Shown in pieces: positions 6,645-12,349 of a stretch of 12,349 bases of DNA (positions are counted from its first letter, which is position 1; each line of letters opens with the position of its first letter). The stretch comes from an uncultured Nitrososphaerota archaeon (GTDB lineage Archaea; Thermoproteota; Nitrososphaeria; Nitrososphaerales; Gagatemarchaeaceae), in assembly GCA_963718895.1 (NCBI GenBank), contig CAVRAG010000009.1, positions 1-12,349 on the forward strand, in the 5' to 3' direction. Both the position numbers and the translations under genes were made by a program. The notes beneath the pieces are model-generated. The model worked only from the letters and a program-made list of their open reading frames with translations, was not told the DNA's origin and did not search any database.

Positions 6645-6995
6645 TTGCCTGATGACTACGTTGGCATCGGAAAAGGCGAGAGGGTGCTCGTCAGCCAACC
6701 CAAAGTTGTTCCTGACAGGCTCCTCGAGAATCTCTCGACAGCTTTCAAGTCCAACGGAGATGTCGAAGAGGCCTTCTTTGGCCAGATTGACCTCGCCTCA
6801 AGACCTGACGGCCCCCACCTACTAGTTCAGGTGAAGTTTCGAGAGAGTTCCAAAGGAGGTCTGGCTTCTCTCGATTCAAGCATCAGAAGGGCTATCGAAG
6901 GTTCGCCCGGATTAGAATCGCCCGTGGATTTCGCGGTGGTGACTGACGGGCCATACCCTGGGACTAGGAGTTTCTACAAGCGCGAAGGCTTCTGA
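6645..6995 (+). CDS. SseB C-terminal-domain-like protein
   Basis: VLVSQPKVVPDRLLENLSTAF...VEEAFFGQI...PHLLVQV...PVDF...FYKR matches the SseB_C pattern. TTG start, with CTTAGTAA about 27 nt upstream. Confidence 0.65.
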   Translation: MPDDYVGIGKGERVLVSQPKVVPDRLLENLSTAFKSNGDVEEAFFGQIDLASRPDGPHLLVQVKFRESSKGGLASLDSSIRRAIEGSPGLESPVDFAVVTDGPYPGTRSFYKREGF

Positions 6996-7020
6996 CCAGA
7001 GACAGCGTCGCTCACACTCC

Positions 7021-7026
7021 TTAAAT
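7021..7026 (+). promoter_or_regulatory. TATA box for the DUF1537-pdxA2 operon
   Basis: TTAAAT lies about 24 nt before the GTG at 7050, consistent with a leaderless transcript. Confidence 0.5.
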
Positions 7027-7049
7027 CGAGCGCGACCGAATTCCGGCCC

Positions 7050-8045
7050 GTGGTCTATTTCATTCTGTCCGACGACCTCACGGGAGCAGCCGGGGTCGCG
7101 TCGATGGTGGACCGCTCAGCCGCCGTCGCTGTGAATCTGGACAGGTTTGACCGGAAGCTCGCCGGGGAGTTCGCCTGCATCGTCCTGAACCTGGAGATTC
7201 GGGAGAAGACCGGCGCGGAGGCAGCCCGGAGGCTTTCGCGGGCTATCGACGCCGTCGGCGAGAACCCGGTGGCGGTCAGGATGGACAGCGCGCTGCGGGG
7301 TCGCTTGCAGATGCTCGTGGGGACGATGCTCGAGAGGGGGAACGTACTGGTCACAGACACCATTCCCGAGTATGAGAGGCGCACGGTGTCAGGCAAGACG
7401 TTCATCGGCCCTCAGCAGGGAGACATCGGCTCTCTGCTCTCTCCGCTGCGAGGCAAGTGGAAGGACCGGAGCATCACCATCGCCGATTCCGAGACCTATG
7501 AAGACCTCGACGCCCTGGCCCAACGTTGCATCGCGGATGGTCTGATTCCCGTCGATCCGGGTCCGCTCGTGGCGAGGGTGGCCCGGGGCAGGCTCGGGCT
7601 TGGCGCGCCTGCCCTTCGCAGGGCTGGCAGGGAGGTCTCGAAAGTGGCCTTCGTGGTGGGCACCAGGGATCCCAGGAGCCTTGAGCAGGTCCGCCACATG
7701 CGCAGCCTCGGGTTCCCGGTGCAGAAGCCCTGCGTCAAGAGTGCCGATGGGGTGGACGTCTTCTCGTTCTCCATTGGGAAGGAAGGACCTCTCGTGACGC
7801 GGGCTTTCCTGAATCATCTGACACACTACGACGCGCTGGTCCTCAGCGGCGGCGCCACGGCCAACTTCGTCCTCGAGCGATCCGGATTCAGCTATCTGGT
7901 GAGCGAGGGAGAGGTGCAACCGCTCGTCTCATCGAGCAGGGTGAAGGGGGGCCTGTTCGACGGGAAGACGGCGGTTCTGAAAGGAGGGTTTATCGGCGAC
8001 GAAGACGCGTACAAGACGATCTTGGACTGGTTGAGAAGAGAATGA
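7050..8045 (+). CDS. Four-carbon acid sugar kinase (DUF1537; D-threonate/D-erythronate kinase-like)
   Basis: Motifs SDDLTGA, RMDSALRG, VLSGGATA and VLKGGFIGDED. ATGA overlap with the downstream pdxA-like gene. Confidence 0.85.
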   Translation: MVYFILSDDLTGAAGVASMVDRSAAVAVNLDRFDRKLAGEFACIVLNLEIREKTGAEAARRLSRAIDAVGENPVAVRMDSALRGRLQMLVGTMLERGNVLVTDTIPEYERRTVSGKTFIGPQQGDIGSLLSPLRGKWKDRSITIADSETYEDLDALAQRCIADGLIPVDPGPLVARVARGRLGLGAPALRRAGREVSKVAFVVGTRDPRSLEQVRHMRSLGFPVQKPCVKSADGVDVFSFSIGKEGPLVTRAFLNHLTHYDALVLSGGATANFVLERSGFSYLVSEGEVQPLVSSSRVKGGLFDGKTAVLKGGFIGDEDAYKTILDWLRRE

Positions 8046-8989
8046 TCGGGGTAACGCTCGGCGACCCGGCGGGCATTGGCCCCGAGATAGTCGCAAAGTC
8101 CCTACCGAGCCTCAAGAGAGAGCAGCTGGTCCTGATAGGCAATCACGAGAACTTCCTGCGCGTCCTGTCCGACCTCCGCCTCGACGAGAAGAAGATCCGC
8201 GGCTACTCGTTCGTCGACATCCCAGGGGAGGGGGTGACCTACGGCCGCGTCCAGAAGGCGGCGGGGCAGATCGCCGTCCGGAGCATCGAGAAGGCGGTAG
8301 AGATGGCGATCAAAGGCGAGGTCGAGTCGATATCGACCGCCCCCATAAACAAGGAGGCGATAATGATGGCAGGATCGAAGTACGTAGACCACACGGCTAT
8401 GCTCTCCGGCCTCACTGGCTCGAGGGAGAACTTCACGGTCTTCGAGACGGGCGCGCTGCGCATCTTCTTCATGACCAAGCACGTCTCCCTCTCGAAGGCT
8501 CTCGTACAGATCACGAGGAAGCGCGTGCGCTCCTCGATCTTCGAAGCGAACGAGTCCCTCGCCATGCTCGGCGTGAAACGAAGGAGGATCGCCGTGGCTG
8601 CGCTGAACCCGCACGGGGGCGACGGAGGGCTCTTCGGGAGGGAGGAGATCGAGACGATAGCGCCGGCCATCAGGGACGCACAGAAGGAGCTGGACGTCTC
8701 CGGACCCTACCCAGCAGACTCCGTCTTCCACAGAGCCTCCGAGGGGGCGTTCGACATCGTCGTCGCGCTCTATCACGACCAGGGCCACATAGCGGCCAAG
8801 ATGCTCGACTTTCACCGGACGGTGAGCCTTAACCTCGGCCTGCCGTTCCTGAGGACCTCGGCCGACCATGGGACGGCGTTCGACATCGCGGGGAAGGGTC
8901 TGGCCAACCCGGTGAGCATGGTCGAGGCCGTCAAGAAGGCCGCCAAGTATGGAAGGAGCTACCGGGCGAGGCGCGCCGAGCTCAGATGA
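8042..8989 (+). CDS. pdxA: PdxA-family dehydrogenase (PdxA2, D-threonate/erythronate-4-phosphate dehydrogenase-like)
   Basis: Motifs TLGDPAGIGPEI, TAPINKEA, LNPHGGDGGLFGREE, GPYPADSVF, YHDQGHI and GLPFLRTSADHGTAFDIAGKG. Confidence 0.95.
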   Translation: MIGVTLGDPAGIGPEIVAKSLPSLKREQLVLIGNHENFLRVLSDLRLDEKKIRGYSFVDIPGEGVTYGRVQKAAGQIAVRSIEKAVEMAIKGEVESISTAPINKEAIMMAGSKYVDHTAMLSGLTGSRENFTVFETGALRIFFMTKHVSLSKALVQITRKRVRSSIFEANESLAMLGVKRRRIAVAALNPHGGDGGLFGREEIETIAPAIRDAQKELDVSGPYPADSVFHRASEGAFDIVVALYHDQGHIAAKMLDFHRTVSLNLGLPFLRTSADHGTAFDIAGKGLANPVSMVEAVKKAAKYGRSYRARRAELR

Positions 8990-9758
8990 CTATCCCGACG
9001 GTCTTCAGCAGGCCTGCGTAGTTTCCGTCTGACCTGTCCCTCTTGTACTCCTTCAGCGCCTCGAGGACCGCTTCCTGCCTCCTGATTCCCACGAGCCGCT
9101 TGACGAACGGGGCGCACCTCCCGCCGATGAGCAGGTACTGAGACGCCGTCGTGACGTTCTTCGGCGCTCTCCTCTGGCTCGCGGACTCGAAGTCGATGAT
9201 GTAGGGGATGTCGCCCGCCATGATCACGTGCTTTCTCAGGTCGCTGAGCTGGCCGTGGTCCAGGTCGATGAGGTCAAGCTTCCTGCACTGGTTCAGCAGC
9301 AGGTGCAGTATCTCGCGGGCCCGACCTCTCTTCCCCACCCCGCTTATCGATCTTAGGTGTTCCTCAAGGTCCTCGCCTTCGACCAGCTGCATGACCATGA
9401 AGTCCCTCGTCGCTGCGAAGGCCTGCGCGCCGACTCCGACCCTGTTCGCGATCTCGGTGAGCCTGAACTCCTCGAGCATGCTCTCCCTGTTGGCGTCGGT
9501 GCGCCTTATCTTCAGGGCATGGACCCTCCCATCGATTATCCCTCTGACGACCACGCTCACGGTGCCGATGCCGACGAGACCGAGCCTGCCTATCTTCGTC
9601 CTTCCCTCGAAGACGACCTCCTCGACTCCCAGCACTCCGAGCTGATCTATCCTGGACCGCGCCGCCTTCAGGTCCAGGCTGGGATAGGTGAGGACGTTGA
9701 GGTAAGGAGTCCTCGCGAACTCGTCCAGCCTAATCCGTTCCGATGCTGTCTGCGACAA
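8982..9758 (-). CDS. RIO-like predicted Ser/Thr protein kinase (COG2112)
   Basis: Gly-rich loop VGIGTVSVV, ALKIRRTDA, catalytic-loop HGQLS, IIDFESAS and PKNVT. Its start overlaps the end of cca. Confidence 0.85.
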   Translation of the reverse strand: MSQTASERIRLDEFARTPYLNVLTYPSLDLKAARSRIDQLGVLGVEEVVFEGRTKIGRLGLVGIGTVSVVVRGIIDGRVHALKIRRTDANRESMLEEFRLTEIANRVGVGAQAFAATRDFMVMQLVEGEDLEEHLRSISGVGKRGRAREILHLLLNQCRKLDLIDLDHGQLSDLRKHVIMAGDIPYIIDFESASQRRAPKNVTTASQYLLIGGRCAPFVKRLVGIRRQEAVLEALKEYKRDRSDGNYAGLLKTVGIVI

Positions 9759-11064
9759 ATTCCTTTACTCCCTCGTCCAGCCATCCCTCCTCCGCCATCT
9801 CGCGGAGGATAGCCCTACCGGTCACGACTCTACCGCTCTTCCGGATGGCGGCGGCCACCTCGTGCGAGGCCCCCACCCTGTCAATCTCCGACGAGCGGAG
9901 CCCGGCGAGCAGGCTCTCCAGCTCGGTCTGCTTCCGTTCCTGGAGCAGGTGCACCTTCCCGTCCTCTCCGACCCAGACGAGCTCCGACCTAGCCCTGTTC
10001 TTCGAGATGAACCTCTTGACCTCCGCCGGCATCTCGACGCCCGGCCCGACACGCTCCTCCAGATCTGAGAGGCGTTCAGTCCCCGGGAGCAGTATTATGG
10101 CGCTCCTGTCAGAGTTGTTTGAGGCGGCTGAGGCCCTGATGATCCTGAAGCCACGTTCCTCGGCGTACCTCACCAGCTGCTTCGTGCTCCTCTTGAGCTC
10201 TCCCCAGAGCGTGTCCTCGCTGAGGGGCCTGTGGTCGAAGCGGACCACATAGAGCCTCCCGACGAGGGCCCTCCTGACGCTTCTCCTGATGCCCGTGAAG
10301 TATGCGAGGTCCGGCCCCTCGAGGAAGGCTCTTGAGGCGAGGGTCATCTTCGCCACCGTCTCCCTGGAGATCGCCCTGGCGAGCTCTCGATCCATGTCGA
10401 TTGGGTCCTTCAGGCTCAGGAGCGTCTCTCCGGCTGGTTTCAGGTCAGCGAAGAAGCGGAGGACCCCCTCGAAGCCGCCGTGATTGTGGACGAGCACCTC
10501 GGCCGCGTACCCGCTGAAGCCCTCGTTCTCAATCTCGGCTCCGTAGACCCCGACCGTCTTCATGAAGAGCTTCAGGAGCCTGACCTGCGTCCTCCTCTCC
10601 TCGTCCAGGTTTCTCTTCACGAACTCGACGTGGTACGGAGACCTGTCCGCGGCGCTCCTCCACTCTCCCGGCCTGACGTCGTAGCAGGGCACGATGTTCA
10701 CCTTGACTCCGTCGACGGTCGCCTCCGTGTACGGGTGCTGGGCGTACTTCTTCCCGTGTCGGTACCCGCGGGCCGCTTCCCTGCCTACCTTGAGTCCGAC
10801 CGCCTCGAATCTCTCGCCGTCCGAATCTTCGGCGAATCTCAGGAAGACGTCGATGTCGGCTTCACCGCCCACGCGAGGAGACAGCCACGTCCCCTTCGCG
10901 AACGAACCACCCAGGATCACATCCTTCATCTCCCCGAAGGGAAGCGAAGCGGCCTCCACCTTCTTGAGGACCTTCTTGGCCACGCGATTGAGCCTGACCT
11001 CTTCCTGAGGGCTCGGGATGACCCTCCTCCCCGCTTTCAAGAGGACGCTCTGGAGCTTTGTCAC
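9730..11064 (-). CDS. cca: Archaeal (class I) CCA tRNA nucleotidyltransferase
   Basis: Motifs GGSFAKGTWL...DIDVF, YAQHPY, NIVPCY, SAADRSPYH, GVYGAEI..GFSGY and DPID. Confidence 0.96.
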   Translation of the reverse strand: MTKLQSVLLKAGRRVIPSPQEEVRLNRVAKKVLKKVEAASLPFGEMKDVILGGSFAKGTWLSPRVGGEADIDVFLRFAEDSDGERFEAVGLKVGREAARGYRHGKKYAQHPYTEATVDGVKVNIVPCYDVRPGEWRSAADRSPYHVEFVKRNLDEERRTQVRLLKLFMKTVGVYGAEIENEGFSGYAAEVLVHNHGGFEGVLRFFADLKPAGETLLSLKDPIDMDRELARAISRETVAKMTLASRAFLEGPDLAYFTGIRRSVRRALVGRLYVVRFDHRPLSEDTLWGELKRSTKQLVRYAEERGFRIIRASAASNNSDRSAIILLPGTERLSDLEERVGPGVEMPAEVKRFISKNRARSELVWVGEDGKVHLLQERKQTELESLLAGLRSSEIDRVGASHEVAAAIRKSGRVVTGRAILREMAEEGWLDEGVKEFVADSIGTD

Positions 11065-11622
11065 CCTAGAGCGTACTCCTTCACATCGGTGTATGTGGGA
11101 CCGGCAGACGAGAGCACGCTCGATTTTAGCTTCAGGCTGGTTATCCTCGTCCCCCCGAGGTCACGACGGGAGTTCGACTGGAGGAGCGAGGTCAGAGCCC
11201 CGCTGTTGAGAGGGCTCCTCACTCTGGCCAGCGTAATGTGAGGGTGAAAGTCGTGGTCCTCCGGTTTCCCGACCCCTTCGAGGGCGGCGATGAAGGCCGA
11301 GGCGACACTGTTGATTGCCTGTTCGTTTTCGCGGGCGACACCGGCCCAGACGACCCTCGGCCGCCTCGGGTCAGGGAATGCACCGATTCCTCTCACGAGA
11401 ACGTCGAAGCTGGACAACCTCAGTCCGCTGAGCCTTCTGTCTACCTCCTTAACTGTGTCCTCCGAGACCTCTCCCAGGAACTTCACCGTGAAGTGGAGGT
11501 TGTCCCTTCCGACGACGTTCAGATCTGCGCGTGTCCTCTTGAGCTCCTCCTCGACGATCAGCAGCTTCTCGACGACTTCCTGCGAGACCTCAAATGCGAG
11601 AAATGCGCGCGTTCGTCTTCAC
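11061..11622 (-). CDS. thpR: RNA 2',3'-cyclic phosphodiesterase (2'-5' RNA ligase, 2H family); start codon anomalous
   Basis: The frame extends upstream of the ORF-track start as RAFLAFEV...NLHFTVKFLGE...GAFP...PRVVWAG...PHITLAR, giving two HxT motifs. There is an in-frame ACG at 11612 and an out-of-frame GTG at 11622. GTGA overlap with cca. Confidence 0.92.
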
Positions 11623-11647
11623 CGCTGCTGCTTGCTCTCCCGGCGCG

Positions 11648-11681
11648 TTATTAAGCAGAATCCATTGAAAGACGCTTATTA
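11648..11681. promoter_or_regulatory. Divergent TATA boxes for the thpR operon and the COG0237 gene
   Basis: TTAATAA (minus, 11654-11648) lies about 25 nt before GTG 11622. CTTATTA (plus, 11675-11681) lies upstream of ATG 11714. Confidence 0.5.
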
Positions 11682-11713
11682 CCACCCCTCCGACGGCGCT
11701 GAGGCATACCAAG

Positions 11714-12270
11714 ATGTTGATCATAGCCATCACAGGGATGCCAGGGGCTGGCAAGTCCACGGTGGCGCAGGCGCTGGGCGGGATCGGGCTGAGGAGGATC
11801 GCGATGGGGGACATGATTCGGGAAGAGACCGGCCGGAGGGGTCTCCCGCTCGACGACAAGAACATGGGGATGGTGATGAAGGAGCTGAGGGGCACCTACG
11901 GCGCCGGAGCGGTCGCCGAGCTCTGCCTCCGCAGCATCCAGTCGAAGGAAGGCGAGGCGGCGGTCGTGGTAGACGGGATAAGGTCGGTCGCGGAGATAGA
12001 GTCTTCAGGAACGCAGGAGAGGTGAAACTGCTGGCCGTCCTCGCCTCCCCGAAGAGGAGGTTCGAGCTTCTCACCGCCAGAGGGCGGACCGACGCCCCTC
12101 CGGACCTCGAGAGCTTCAGAGCCAGGGACGAGAGGGAGCTGTCCATCGGGATAGGGAACGCGATATCTCTGGCCGACGAAGCGATCGTGAACGAGCACAT
12201 CACTCCCGACGAGCTGACCGACGTGGCGCTCAGTATCGCGGCCGGATGGATGAAGCCGCTTGGAAGATAG
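11714..12270 (+). CDS. UPF0200/COG0237 P-loop nucleotide kinase (dephospho-CoA-kinase-like), 1-nt frameshift near 12000
   Basis: ITGMPGAGKST, MGDMIREE and VVDGIRSVAE continue in another frame as VFRNAGEVKLLAVLASPKRRFE...RGRTD...RDERELSIGIGNAISLAD. Restoring one G (GAG GTC) joins the two parts. Confidence 0.88.
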
Positions 12271-12349
12271 CCCGGCGGTCGTCATCGTCCTCCACGCGGC
12301 GGTCTCACCCAGCGAAGTCCACCCCGAAGGTCCTGGCGGCGGCGCAGAA
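12260..12349 (+). CDS. 5' end of a probable UPF0201 (COG1931) RNA-binding protein, truncated by the window edge
   Basis: A TTG start overlaps the previous gene and reads MEDSPAVVIVLHAAVSPSE, then after a frameshift PKVLAAAQ. This resembles the AxVxPSEDxxKVxxA N-terminus, and the family usually follows COG0237. Confidence 0.6.
   Translation, partial: MEDSPAVVIVLHAAVSPSEVHPEGPGGGAE

Noticed and set aside
3306-12285. Numerous long antisense or alternative-frame ORFs (e.g. 3717-4262, 5232-5777, 8102-8869, 10480-11241, and the N-terminal part of 11290-12270)
   Set aside because: These are shadow ORFs of well-supported genes, expected in GC-rich DNA.
1-12349. CRISPR arrays, IS elements, rRNA or known defence systems
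   Set aside because: No regularly spaced repeats, transposase motifs, rRNA signatures or defence-gene motifs were seen.

Overview
Archaeal genomic window. The evidence is a BHB-intron tRNA, an archaeal CCA-adding enzyme and TATA boxes about 25 nt before start codons; gene content suggests a GC-rich TACK/Nitrososphaerota archaeon (inference). The right half looks like host chromosome: an SseB_C-domain protein, a DUF1537 four-carbon acid-sugar kinase plus pdxA2, an operon of thpR, cca and a COG2112 kinase, and a divergent COG0237 P-loop kinase followed by the start of a UPF0201 gene. In the middle is tRNA-Pro(GGG) with a 19-nt intron, followed at its 3' end by a tyrosine integrase. The left half is therefore probably an integrated, decaying element. 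It carries a possible VirB4-like C-terminal relic, an MFS transporter and a divergent, His-rich metal/sulfur module. One arm of the module is PadR, a NifB/NifX-like protein, a TrmO/TsaA-like gene and a broken NikR. The other arm is a DUF5320-like peptide and a TusA-cupin fusion. The two arms share a promoter region containing ATATC-N4-GATAT boxes. At least eight genes carry single-base frameshifts, densest near the window ends, so some of the apparent pseudogenes may be assembly errors. All family calls come from recognising motifs by eye, not from database searches.
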